Assembly (NCBI GenBank): GCA_964016885.1
Contig: OZ024744.1
Location: 25,296,001 to 25,360,000 of the forward strand
Direction of reading: 5' to 3'
Origin: Eledone cirrhosa
Taxonomy: Eukaryota
Length of the DNA stretch: 64,000 bases
Shown here: piece after piece, positions 39,738 through 52,949 of the stretch
Numbering within the stretch: position 1 is the first letter of the stretch
Layout: every line of letters starts with the position of its first letter
Position numbers and translations under genes: made by a program
Notes under the pieces: model-generated
What the model was told of the DNA's origin: nothing
The model's input: only the letters and a program-made list of their open reading frames with translations
Databases searched by the model: none

Positions 39738-40761
39738 TATATTGTTATACTTTGGGAGGGTCATGTTGCCAATAAGAAACACACGCACCAGTTGCTTTCA
39801 CTTCAATTTATTATATATTTATAAATTTATAAATTTACAAATCTACAAACTTATAAATTTATGGTTGGTTGGTTGGTTCCACAACCAGATAGTTGTTTAT
39901 ATATAGTCATAGTCCTTTCGTCACACACTCTGTGTCCTCTTCAGTGACTGGGGATTCCTTTCTTTGTTTCTGTGCCTTTCCTTTCTTCTATCCTACGCCA
40001 TTTTGTTTCTGTGTGTGTGTTGTGTACTCAGTTTGCGCATGCGCCACATCCGGGTGTCTGTGTGTGTTTGTGTTAATTTATCTATTTGTTTATTTATTTA
40101 TTTATTTATTGTTGGTTGGTTGTTTGTTCTATGTGTGTGTTTTCATTTTGTCCTGTGTGTGTTTTCATTTTGTCCTTAATTGTAAGTTGTTTGTTTCATG
40201 TGTGTGTGTGTTTTCATTTTGTCCTTAATTGTAAGTTGTGATGTTGCTGTTCCACTCATATTTTCTATTTAATTTTGGTTGTAATTCTTTTATGCTTACT
40301 GCCTCTGTAAATTGCCTAAACATTGCATCTTTTCTGTGTGTGGATTCTATTTTTATTTCTATGTTCTCTAACCTACCCCTGTGTTCTATCTTAGCATGTT
40401 GGTAGAGCACAGATGATTCTTTATTATCTTGAAGGTCTCTCCAGTGTTCATTTATTCGTTCCCCTATACTACGAGCTGTCTCACCTATGTACACTATATT
40501 TTTTGTTTCTACATTGTCCTTCAGTACATCTTATGCTATACACTACATTTCTAGTTTTACAGTTAATATGGGGGCTTATTTTACAGGTTATACATTTCTT
40601 ATCTATACATGAGGGTCTTTGGAACGGGTATGTCTTGCTAATAAGACCAGGTACCTCCGTAAAAACACTTATTAGCAAGACATACCCGTTCCAAAGACCC
40701 TCATGTAAGATAAGAAATGTATAACCTGTAAAATAAGCCCCCATATTAACTGTAAAACTAG
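39738..40761 (-). mobile_element. 5'-truncated Penelope-like element (GIY-YIG plus 3' region) with inverted 5' duplication
   Basis: CITCK..INCKTRNVVYSIRC...YIGETARSIGERINEH...EAVSI..LQPKLNRK; 40551-40646 is inverted at 40668-40761. Confidence 0.9.
39905..39949 (-). ncRNA. Hammerhead ribozyme in PLE 3' region
   Basis: AGTCA CTGAAGA GGACACA-GAG-TGTGTGAC GAAA GGAC TA TGACT, in the same sense as the GIY-YIG ORF. Confidence 0.75.
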
Positions 40762-40769
40762 TAATATAT

Positions 40770-41288
<519 letters not shown>

Positions 41289-41674
41289 TAAAGTGAATAC
41301 AATTTGTCTGTCTCGATATAAGTCAATAAAGACAAGCTTATATTGGCAAAAGCCGTGATTCCTGGACAAATTTAAATTTCAAAATCCAAACCTGCTCCGT
41401 AGACGAATTTGAACTTCGAAGCCTAAATATGTTTCGCAACGATGGTACATGAATTGAAATATAAAAAAATTGAAATAAAATTGAAATAAAATTGAAATAA
41501 AAAGTGAAATATTCAAATATTCTGTGCTTATCAACAGGAATCCAGTAAAATTCGTACATTCCCCCTTCAAAAATTTGGTGTAGCCAGCTATACTAGCCAT
41601 CCTATACTCCCAGTGCTAGAAATAACAGCCGTTTATATGGGATTAAACATTAGCTCTACAGTTAAGGAGCAATA

Positions 41675-41921
41675 ATACTATATTATATTTAGAGTTTAAA
41701 CTCAAAGTCATTTACAACCAATCAGCTCAAAGAAAGAAGCATTTCCGAGCAGTGAAATACAAGTTATATATTAATATATATGATAAACACTTGCAATACA
41801 AACACGTATGTGTTTATCATATATATTAATTTATAACTTGTATTTCACTGCTCGGAAATGCTTCTTTCTTTGAGCTGATTGGTTGTAAATGACTTTGAGT
41901 TTAAACTCTAAATATAATATA

Positions 41922-41925
<4 letters not shown>
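41675..41925. repeat. Inverted repeat, about 115-bp arms
   Basis: ATACTATATTATATTTAGAG...GATAAACAC / GTGTTTATC...CTCTAAATATAATATAGTAT, followed by (TA)n. Confidence 0.92.
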
Positions 41926-42019
<94 letters not shown>

Positions 42020-42478
42020 AATTAGTATATCTACCAACATATATATATAGATGCATACCTATGCTAACAGATATATAGGTTTTGTCTTAGTAACTTTGTG
42101 GTTCAATGCAAGGGGTTGCAGAACAATTATATGAAAGACGTAAAATAAGAAAATTATAAAAATTAACTTACTTACTAAAATTTCACACCAACTAATTAGT
42201 TTCTGAAAGGGAATAAACATGGTTTCCAAATGCAAAGCACGGAGAAGCCGTTTCGTCATCAGGAAGTCGTTCTCAGCTATGATCCCAGGCGATGCGTGGA
42301 CACAGGGAACTTATACATAAATAATTCAGTGGATGGAAAAAAGCAAGCGTTGACTAAATTCCAAGACATTGAAAAAATCACTGCCTACTTGGTCGGTGGC
42401 AAACACAAAAGAATCAATCACGTGACATCGAGGTTAATCAGTGAGGAGTGGGTGTTAAAAAGACTGTAGCGAAGCTAT

Positions 42479-42521
<43 letters not shown>

Positions 42522-42559
42522 GTTTCGGCCAGTATTGGCCCAGGCCATGTCTAACTTAA

Positions 42560-43325
42560 TACCACCACTTGGCGAAGTCTTACAAATCAGGATTTGGACA
42601 CCATGGCCCACTCGTGTAGAGAGTTATTGTTTATGGGGGCATATCCAGGTGTAGGAGGCTTATCTGGGATTTCTTGAAGGAATTTATCCAAAGAATTCTT
42701 GAACTTGATGGGGTCTGTTTCTGTTTTAATGTGCTTTGTTGTAATGTTAAAGAGAGCAGGGCCAATTGAGGTGAAATAATTGTGCTGTATTGTTGTTATG
42801 CCATGCGAGTGGGATTTTTGTTGTGGGCGGATAGCACGGGGCCCAGGCCTTGGGTGAACATTAAAGGTGATGCCAACATCATTTGGGCAAAGCTGATGGA
42901 ATATTTTCCACATGATGCAGATAATGTAGCGCTCGTGGTGGCGTTGGAGAGAATAAAGGTTGAGCTTTTCTAATCGACCCCAATAGTCAAGGCCTGTCAT
43001 GCCAACTATCTTTTTTGTAATTGACCTTTGTGGTGCTTCAACTTTCATGTTACTTTGTTTCGTGTGGGGTGACCACAGTGGACAACAGTATTCAAGGTGG
43101 GGTCGGGCAAAAGTGGAGAAGGGAAGGATGATAGTGTCGATATCTCTCGTCTGGAATGTTCTGAGAACCCAGGAACACATTCTGCGGGCCATATCAACTT
43201 TGCTGTTTATATGTGTGACCCAGCTTATTTTATTGTCCACAATTACTCCCAGGTCTCCGATGTTGTTGGATGCCACTAGAGTTTCACCCGAAGGAAGGGA
43301 GTATGGGAGTTTCAGGGCATCCTTT
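42560..43325 (-). mobile_element. CR1-group LINE 3' fragment
   Basis: DLGVIVD..., RPHLEYCCPLWSP, RLEKLNLYSLQR, FKNSLDKFL; flanked by (TA)n on the 5' side. Confidence 0.9.
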
Positions 43326-43346
43326 TTTAATATGTATATATATAAA

Positions 43347-43396
<50 letters not shown>

Positions 43397-43642
43397 CATA
43401 TATGTTTAGGTATATATGTGTTGTTCTCTATGAGGCTGGCTTCTACGTATATGGTGCTACTAAATTTAAGATAAACTTTAGCTGGTCTACACACCAATTG
43501 TCTCACTGAGTCAGAAAACATTCAGTTCCTATTTTTAGTACGACGATCTTTAACTGTTAGAACATTTATATGTATAGATTATTTATTTTAACACACACAC
43601 ACACGCACCCCCCCCACCCCCCCCCCCACACACACACACACT

Positions 43643-43686
<44 letters not shown>

Positions 43687-43979
43687 TGTTTGATGTGTTC
43701 TAGTGTAGGACATTGCTGCTGCTGGTGCTACACCAATTCCATCATGATGATCTTTTACCGAATCACTCGTAATTTAATATATTTCGTTTGTATACATTCT
43801 TTTTTATATTATTTTTCACTTCTCTTTTTCAAAATTTATTTTTTGGTTTGTTTTTATGTATTATTTTGTTTAATGTTGTCTATATTTTCCTATCGTCGCT
43901 CCCATCCTGACCGCCCCCACAGATACTTCACCTTCTTTCTGTCATTTTGGGTTAATCTTTTGTCCCCGCCCTCATTTTC

Positions 43980-44960
43980 ACAAACAACACCAACGCCGCT
44001 GCCACCAACACCATTGATAAACGCACCAACAACGACACCAACAACAGCAGCAACAGCAAGAACAACACCAACATTACCAACAACAACAACACCAACACCA
44101 ACAACAACGACACCAACAACGTCAACATCAACTCGACCAGAACATCAACAACATCAACACCATTACCAACACCATCCCCATCAACACCGTCTCCGCCACC
44201 ACCACCACCACCAACAACAGCACCATCACCGTCAACACTAACCCCCCCCCAACACCATCCATATCAACACCACCACCCAGCCACCACCACCAACATCAAC
44301 ACCTTTCTTTCTGAGAGTTGTACCACCACCACCACCAACACTATCCCCAGCATAACCACCACAACCTCTTCCACCATCCAAACCACCACCATCACCATTG
44401 CCACCATCCAAACCACCACTACCGCCAACACCACTACCACTTCCACCATCGAAACCACTGCCACCATCATTACCACCATCCCAACCACCGCTACCACCAC
44501 ACCACCACCACCACAAACACCAACATCACCGCCACCAACACCACCGTCACCACCACCACCACCACTATCACCATCACCACCATCACCACCACCACTACCA
44601 CCACCACCACCACCACCAAGACCACCACCAACACCATCGCTACCAACACCACTGTAACCACTACCACCACCACCACCACCACCACCAAGACAACCACCAA
44701 CACCATCGCCACCAACACCACTGTAACCACTACCACCATCACCATCACCACCATCACCACCACCACCACCACCAACACCAACACCAATACCACCACCAAC
44801 ACCAACACCATCGTCACCAACACCACTGTAACCACTACCACAATCACCATCACCACCATCACCACCACCAAGACCACCACCAACACCAACACCATCGCCA
44901 CCACCGTCACCATTACCACCAACATCATCCACATCACCACATCTACCACCACCACCACCT
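43980..44960. repeat. Cryptic (CAC/CAA/CAT)n trinucleotide repeat
   Basis: Direct reading. Confidence 0.95.
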
Positions 44961-45179
44961 GTTATTTCTGTTATTCTTTAACAACGATATGTATTGATTT
45001 GCCTTGATAGCTCAGTCATTGTATATTGGTTTAACCACGTAACCATGAGTAGTATCATCTTCTGCTGCTATTTCATCATCCTTATCATCACCATTATCAT
45101 CATCATCATCATCATCACCAGTCCCTTGACTTCTGTAGTCAAGGGGATTCTACAGCAGAAGCAGCACTCAAAATAGTCA

Positions 45180-46010
45180 GTCAACGGCGGCCGTCAACAA
45201 ATCTGGTGTCGTCATTTTTGTCCATTCTTTGACATTGTCAACCAGTTTCTGTGATGTTACCTCCTCCTGTGTCCATTATTTGACATTGTCCAGTTAGTAA
45301 CCCCTCCTGCGTCCATTATTTGACATTGTCCAGTTAGTAACCCCTCCTGCGTCCATTCTTTGACATTGTCCAGTTAGTAACCCCTCCTGCGTCCATTCTT
45401 TGACATTGTCCAGTTAGTAACCCCTCCTGTGTCCATTATTTGACATTGTCCAGTTAGTAACCCCTCCTGCGTCCATTATTTGACATTGTCCAGTTAGTAA
45501 CCCCTCCTGCGTCCATTATTTGACATTGTCCAGTTAGTAACCCCTCCTGCGTCCATTCTTTGACATTGTCCAACCAGTTCCTGTTGTGACCATACTTTGA
45601 CATTGTCCAACCAGTTCTTGCGTTGGCACCCCCTCTTGCGTCCATTCTTTGACATTGTCCAACCAGTTCCTGCGTTGGTACATCCTCCTGTGTCCATTCT
45701 TTGACATTTTACAGCCAGACCCTGTTGTGTCCATTCTTTGACATTGTTCAGCCAGTTTTTGCGTTGGTATCCCCTCCTATGTCCATCTTCAACGGTACCT
45801 TGCATGATGATCTTGCAGAGGCTGTCATGTCGTGTGACGTAGCCAAACCACACCGGTTTCCTCCTCTTGACAGTGGCGAAGAAAGGTTTCCATTATCTCC
45901 TCTTGACAGCAGCGAAGAAAGGTTCCCATTATCTCCTCTTGTCAATAGCGAGGAAAGGTTCCAATTATCTCCTCTTGACAGTGGCGAGGAGAGGGTCCCA
46001 GTGTTCTCCT
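45180..46010 (-). mobile_element. RTE LINE 3' fragment with internal 40-bp and 36-bp tandem expansions
   Basis: WFGYVTRHDSLCKIIMQGTVE.G.RRG.QRK.W..NVKEWT; 40-bp units at 45260-45580; 36-bp units at 45856-45995. Confidence 0.8.
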
Positions 46011-46359
46011 CCTGAGGTTACTGTTGACCTACAAAACGTTCAACCTTTCACCGCACGTATTCATTGGTTTTACGTTCTCTACGAATATATATACCTTCTT
46101 CGCTGTCACTGTGGGACTGTACAAACCAGAGAAATTGAGGTTAATGCTTTTTTGAACATATCGACAGCCAATCGAGAAGATGCCAGACCTCATTCGCTTA
46201 ACGAGTGAGGTGGAGCTCGTCAAATCGGACCGAAGAAACAATGTTTCCATTGGGTTTTCCGATTGCTAATACTATTGGTCGTAGGACACGATTGCGAATC
46301 TAATTCTGTAATCACTCAGCCACACGCCTTCATATTCTTCAGCTGTTTTGTAATGGTTT

Positions 46360-46562
46360 CTACTATAGGCACCAGACCAACAATATGGGTGAGAGGAAAG
46401 TCGATTAAATTGACACCACTGTATTACTGGTACTTTATTTTATCGACCCCAATAGGATGAAAGGTAAAGCTAACCTCGGCGGGATTGGAACTCAGACCGT
46501 AAAGGGCCGTAATTCTACGCCGCAAAGCATGGTGTCCGACGCTCTACCGATTCTGCCAATCC
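46360..46562 (-). mobile_element. Nin/Deu-domain tRNA SINE
   Basis: Reverse complement of the family. Confidence 0.85.
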
Positions 46563-47264
46563 ACAAATGTTTAATAATGTTCACATAATTACATACATTT
46601 TTAGCCTTTAACTTGTGCTGGGAAATATTTTATCGTGTGTCGCATTCATGTGTCCTTTAGTATCAGCTTTCAGTGTTTTTGCACTTTTCTACTTAATGCT
46701 GCGAGATTTCTTAATCGAGATTCAGTCGGACGGAAATTTCGGATTTTCCGTTTCATTAAGCCGTTATTTTACAAATCTTCATTTGATAGGATGTCATATA
46801 ATTGTATGTGACTAAGTTTTCTGGGGTGGAATTCAACTGACTATATCAATCCCATGAAACACACGTCAATGATACATTTCGGCAGCTACTCCCACCGACG
46901 GATTATACTGTGTTATGGTTTCTAGATAGAACTGCTGAAAAGTGAGCCCTCTAGATTTTTGAATCATCAGATTTAAAGGGACAATGATCTGATGAGAAAC
47001 ATGGCTTCCTGGTTAGATGTCCGGTGTTCCGTCAAAGTAGCCATTTCTGATCTTCCCCTATCACGCTGTACTTCCAAAAACATTTAGCTTTCTAGAAACA
47101 TTTACATAAATAAAAAATAAATATTCAAATAAACAAAAGTCAGCTTACGTTTTTTTTTGTTTTTTTTTAATTTATTTATATTATATAGTAATTTATGAAC
47201 AATAGTTTCGTTAGTTACACATTTCCAATTTTGTGGTTCACTACATTCACGTCGATAACAATGA

Positions 47265-47395
47265 CTGTTTCTACTTTAGGCACAAGGTCAGCAACTACCC
47301 CAGTACATTACTGGTGCTTTATTTTATCGACCCCGTAAGGATGAAAGTTAATCTTGGCCGGATTTAAACTCAGAACGTAAAGCGACGTAACTCTA
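47265..47395 (-). mobile_element. Nin/Deu-domain SINE, 5'-truncated
   Basis: TGTTTCTACTTTAGGCACAAGG...TTTTATCGACCCCGTAAGGATGAAAG. Confidence 0.85.
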
Positions 47396-48029
47396 ACAAT
47401 AATGGCAAGTGATTGCCTGTAACTCGATGTAAAACAAATATCACAAAATATTTTGGTCGATGAGGATCAATATTTCAATTTTCACTTCGTACAGGTGCTT
47501 CTACATAAACCTCGGATTTACCAGTACCTTGCGCTAAGAGGAAACTGTAGAAGTCCGTCGTTTACATGTGTATGTGTATGTGTGTATACATGTGTATGTC
47601 TGTATACACGTGTATGTCTGTATACACGTGTATGTGTGTATACACGTGGTATGTATGTTTGCACGCGCGAGTTTGTGTATCGTTCGCAGTGGTATATCGG
47701 CGGAGGACGTAAATATTAGTGATACAATGAACTGATAGTTTTTTGGGGCCAAGCCTATGGTAGAAGTAAGAACAAAGATCCGGTTAGACTTGACACACCA
47801 GCGTTATTCTGAATAAACTAGCTGACAGCTAATTGTAATATTTATACATAATATAAAAAAGAGTTTGTTGGTTGGTTGGTTCTATCGCAATCACACAAGT
47901 GATACAAACATACAAACACACAGCTATGATGAATATTAGAAAGCTGGACCTCCATAGTTGCTCACCCCACCTTCGTCAGTCATCACATAGATCTGTGTGT
48001 ATGTAATAATTATATTTTCTAAGTGTGTC

Positions 48030-48072
<43 letters not shown>

Positions 48073-49213
48073 AGATTCGTGTGTGTTTTCTATTGTCTAT
48101 GTATCTTTCTAAATACACACACAAACACATATACACCCACACAAATATTATATATAAATAAAATTTACACATACACACATATATACACACACACACAAAT
48201 ATTATATACAAATATAATTTACACAAACACATTTACACACACACTCAAAACTCACATAATCATAACAGCCAATGTGTGTAGCTAATTCGCTATACATACA
48301 CAACCACTCCCTTCCTTCCTCAGTCCTCTCTAGTGTGTTACGGACAAATACACAAGGCTATTATCTTAATAGATAACCACAGACAATATACTGTCTTGCT
48401 TCCAGTAAGCCTGAGTTAACTTAACTGGATGTTCTTTTGGAACATTCATTGTATTAAATATGGGAACGCCGATTCAAAAGCCATACATGAAAAAGTGAAT
48501 CAAGATTCAGTGACTGACGAGAAACTTACATAGGTTTTTCGGAATTGTCCCCTTACTGCATTCATTATTCACTAAGCTCCGGGAATCGACCCAAACCCAT
48601 CAGTTAAGTATGTCAGTTTGTATATTATTTAGATTGAAAAATAGTAATTTTAATTGAAGCATCGTTGAGCGTCTTTTCAGAGTTGAGTGCTTCTCTTTCT
48701 TTCATGGGGGAGTGCTCTTTTCATAGCTGAGTGCCCACTCTTCAGTTTCATACTATGTTTACACAGAGGTATTACGTTAATATCTAGAATAGTTATTTAA
48801 GAATGTGAGGCTTTGCTTTTCATCCTTTCGAGGTCAATAAAAATGTAGCAGTCCAGTACTGGGTCACTTCTTCCTCTACAACTCTTTCACACTTCCTCTC
48901 TATCACTTTTTATCTTTCTCTGGAAGACATCTGTTGTGTTTAAACCAGGAGAGGAATGGGTTCCACCAGGTTTAAACTATGCCCAATATACACTGTATGT
49001 CACTGATACTCCATCAGGAGTAACGGGACCATATCATGCTGTGACATTTAAGAATCTAAATATTCCTCTAAGTGTAAATAGTATAAAACATGAAACATAA
49101 TAATGCCTTAAACCTTTGGCATTTATACCGGCAATATCCGGCCAGGATTCTGTCACAGCTTTCTGTTCAAACCAGTATTGTTCGCAAAATAAATACGAAA
49201 ATCTCATAGATTC

Positions 49214-49282
49214 AATATTATGTGAGATATTATGTGAGGTAAAGCCTTTACTGTGAAAATACAATAGTATATATAGAGTAAT
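49214..49282 (-). repeat. One unit of the 72-bp repeat, 3' flank of the Tx1 insertion
   Basis: Reverse complement of the 2038-4560 unit. Confidence 0.92.
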
Positions 49283-49516
49283 TTCTTTATTTGCCACCAG
49301 GGCACAAAAGGTAGGGACAGATACAAGGGGGGAAGTTTACATATAATTAACGAGTACAAAAATATAACAATGAAATAACAACAACAAACGAAGTCCTCAA
49401 TAGGGAGGGGGCATTAACATGGGTCGCAAACACCCCGGAAAAAATGTGCAACCCTTCTCCTCAGGAGCACAAAGCGTAGGTGCTTCCCTCGTCTCCTCTT
49501 TTTCCTCTTCTTTCAC

Positions 49517-52500
49517 CTACAAGCTGATATAGATAGATGACCCATTCACTCTGGCCATTCTCCCTACTTTCACCCACCTTTCATAAAACTTGCTGGGGTA
49601 GAGCACCTCTCTCTCCATTCTGATCCTTCATTTAAAATGGTATTTGAAAAAGGGGACCAGTTGTTGGCCGGAGAGAAAGGTGTCTCACCTCAGCCCTTTC
49701 AGCCTCGTCCACCATACAACTTCTTTAGCCATGGCTACCACACAGAGAAAAAAACCGCCTCTCCTTCGGTTTTGAAAGGGGGAGACGGTTTGATCGTGAC
49801 AATGGACTCGGTGGTCAACCGGATTGGTCCCACCCTCGACAGTATTCGTTCCACATAGCCCCACAAGTCAGCAATGGCTGGGCAGTGTACGAATGCGTAC
49901 GCAACGGTTTCGTCGTCATGCACGCATCTCGGACTGATCTTATTCAAAGGATCCTTACCCAGGCTCCCATGCCTGTGGAGCTTGTCTCGAACGGGTAGAG
50001 CCCCTCGGTAGCACTGCCAAGCCAGGGACTTTTGGAAGTTATCCATCGGTCCAGAGCCAAACGTCCTACCGAACAGACTGGCCAGTTCATCTTCCTCCAT
50101 GCCTAGAGCTTCTCCGAGAGCATCGTCGCACCTGCTGCGTACCAACCCTCTATAGAATGTCGAGGTGGAATCTCCACTGATTGCCGGGTCCGCTTTCCAG
50201 AGGGCCGTGAGCGCCTGGGCACATTCTATGTGCCAGTCGCCCACTTTTCTCGGTCTTTGCTTGACCCAGGATTGCAGCTCGGTGAGCGAGACGAGTCTGG
50301 GAAAGGCTCGCCTCACAAACGGGGCCCACACCGGTTGACCGGTGAGGAATACCTGGAGGTGCCGTAGCCTTAATGCGTGTTTACGCTTCTCTAGCCACGG
50401 CATCCCCAGCCCTCCTTTCGAAGGGTGTTGACAGCAGATGGATCTCCTCACCAAAGGGGTCCGCTTGTTCCAAAGAAATTGGAACAGCGCGCACTCCATT
50501 TTGGCGAGTCTTTTCATTGGGCAAGGCACGACGGTCAAGCGGTAGTAGATGACGGATGCTATATAAGCGTTCGCCACCTCCGCTCGACCTTTCAGGGATA
50601 GTTTGCACTGGGCCCACTTCTGGACGAGTGCAAACACCCTGGCCGTTACCTCGTTCCAGTTTTTCTCCACCTGGAGGTCTGGTCCGAACCAGACCCCAAG
50701 CAGCTTCACCCGGCCCTCCGTCCAGCGTCCGACGACGTCGTTGGAGGGCATCGGTTTGCCTCTCCATGTTCCGAGTTGCAAACCGACGGACTTGTCCCGG
50801 TTCAGCTTGGCTCCTGTAAACCTTTCATATTCCTCCAGTAAGGTGCCGATCTCACCGATTTACGAGGTTCTCGACACCATTACTGTCACGTCATCGGCGT
50901 AGGCCGACGCCGCTTTCTGCAATCCCGGTTCCAAAGGGATGCCCTGCAACCGCTCCAACTTCCGCAGTAGTGGCTCAAGAGCCAGCACATACAGAAGGGA
51001 GGAGAGAGGGCATCCCTGTCGGATGGATCGCATGATTTGGAACGGCTCCGAGAGGTGGCCGTTCACCTTGACCCTTGAGCAGACGTTGCTGCTGTGCATC
51101 GCAGCAATCCAACCCCTGAAAACGGGTCCGAAGCCTGCCGCCGCGAGCACCGCATCCAGGTAACGATGGTCAACCCTATCGAAAGCTTTAGATTGATCCA
51201 AGTTGATCAGGGCCCCACCAAAGCCGGGTTCATTCCCTACTCTCTCTATGATGTATCGCATAAGGTGGAGGTTGTCGTGAATGGACCTAGACGGAATTGC
51301 GCATGTCTGCGCTTCTCCCACTAGGTTTCCGACGACAAGCGCCAACCTCTTCGCTAACACCTTGGCCAAAATCTTTAACTCTGCATTTAGCAGAGTTATG
51401 GGCCTGAAGTTACTTATGTCATCCCCCTTGTTCTCGTCCTTCCTCACCAGCGTAACTACGCCCTTGGTCACAGAACTGGGAATTCTCTCGTTCTGCTGCC
51501 AGTTGCAGTAGACCGCTTCGAGGATATCGGAGAACAAGTCCGGCATCGCTACATATAGCTCGTATGGTAGACCATTGAGACCCGGAGATTTGCGTTTGCC
51601 ACATTAGCTCAGCGCCGCCCCTATCTCAGCAGCTGAAATCGGCCTTTCGCAGGACTTCCCCTCCCCGTCCGAGAGGCGCGGCAGACCGTCGATGTATGGA
51701 TTGAAATCCATAGTCTCACCCGGCGCGCCGCCCCTCCCGAACAGTCGTGCAAAGTGCCGCTGAAAGGCCGCACACATCGGCCCAGGTTCAAGGATCACAT
51801 GCCCATCCTGGTCCTTCAAAGACCGAATCGTGGACTTGTTCCTACTTTTTGCCTCTGTCACTCGGGCCCAGCGAACAGCTTTGGCTCCCTCATTACCCAG
51901 AGCACGTATTTTACTCCTGACAACGCAGCCCTCGTACATCACATCAAAGAACTGGTCTAAGGCCATTATTGATGCCAGCTCGCTGGCTACATTGCCACTC
52001 CTAATCGCCCCTTCTACTCTATCTACTAATTCCCTTTCCGTCTTGTTCCTATCCATTGCTAATTCCTGACTAAAACCTATCGATTCTATTCTAATTGCTC
52101 TCTTAAGAGAGCTCCACCACCTGTTGTTGACAATTGCCCCTGTCAAACTCTGCTTAACTAACGTGCTAATCCGTTTACTGTAAGCTTTGCTTGTCGGTAA
52201 CGACAAGTTCAGCTTCCAGTAACCGGGTCCCTGTCTATGGGTTCTATCAAGGTTGACTATGCAGGTCACTAACTTGTGATCCGAATAGTCAACCATGAAC
52301 ATTTTTGGACAGCTAAATGTCTCCCTATCCTTATCTCTAACTAGGACCCTATCTAGGTACGACCTAGATGGTCCACGTCCATAGTGGTACAGTCGGAAAA
52401 TCTAGTCGATATCTATCGGCCAGGTCAAATCGGCCGATTAACCTTTTGAGGCTTTTACACCCCCCTCTATTGGCACATGCCCCTACATAGTCCCAACGTG

Positions 52501-52942
52501 CATCCAGGATACCATTCCAGTCCCCCACTAAAAGCAAGGAGCGGGACGTTCCCAGAAAAGTTTCCAGACGTTGGAAGTAGTCCGGCCGCGCTGCCCAAAA
52601 AGGGGCGTACACAGCAACTAGTCTAAGGGCTCCACTTTCACTACTGCCGACGTCTAAAACCACCAGTTGACCCTCCGGGTCCAGGTGCACCTTCTGTATG
52701 GCGAGGCCCAGGTGTTTTCGCAGCAGAACGACAACTCCACCCCCACCCCCCGGTTGACAGAGAGATGCGAAGATCTCAAAGTCGTCGAAGAGGGGCGCCA
52801 GTTGGCGCTCGCTGCTGATCCTGGACTCGCAAATAGCCATTACATCCATTCTATGCGACCTGACATCGTTTAAAAGTTTGCCTTGTTTCCAAGACAGTCC
52901 CAGGCCGCGTACATTCAGACACCCAACTCTTATATCAGCCAT
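49517..52942 (-). pseudogene. Tx1 ORF2 (APE endonuclease, RT, zf-RVT-like), broken near 52364, 51604, 50860 and 49735
   Basis: MADIRVGCLNVRG, VYAP, VGDWN, SDH, PGYWKLN, FRPITLLN, LDQSKAFDRVDH, RQGCPLS, AYADDVT, LSLKGR, C..DDETV.YAF.HC. Confidence 0.93.
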
Positions 52943-52949
52943 GTTGGTT

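Noticed and set aside
42245-42272. Minus-strand CTGATGACGAAAC
   Set aside because: No stem II and no stem I partner.
48508-48560. CTGACGAGAAAC...GTTTTTCGGAA
   Set aside because: Core reads GGAA and stem I does not pair.
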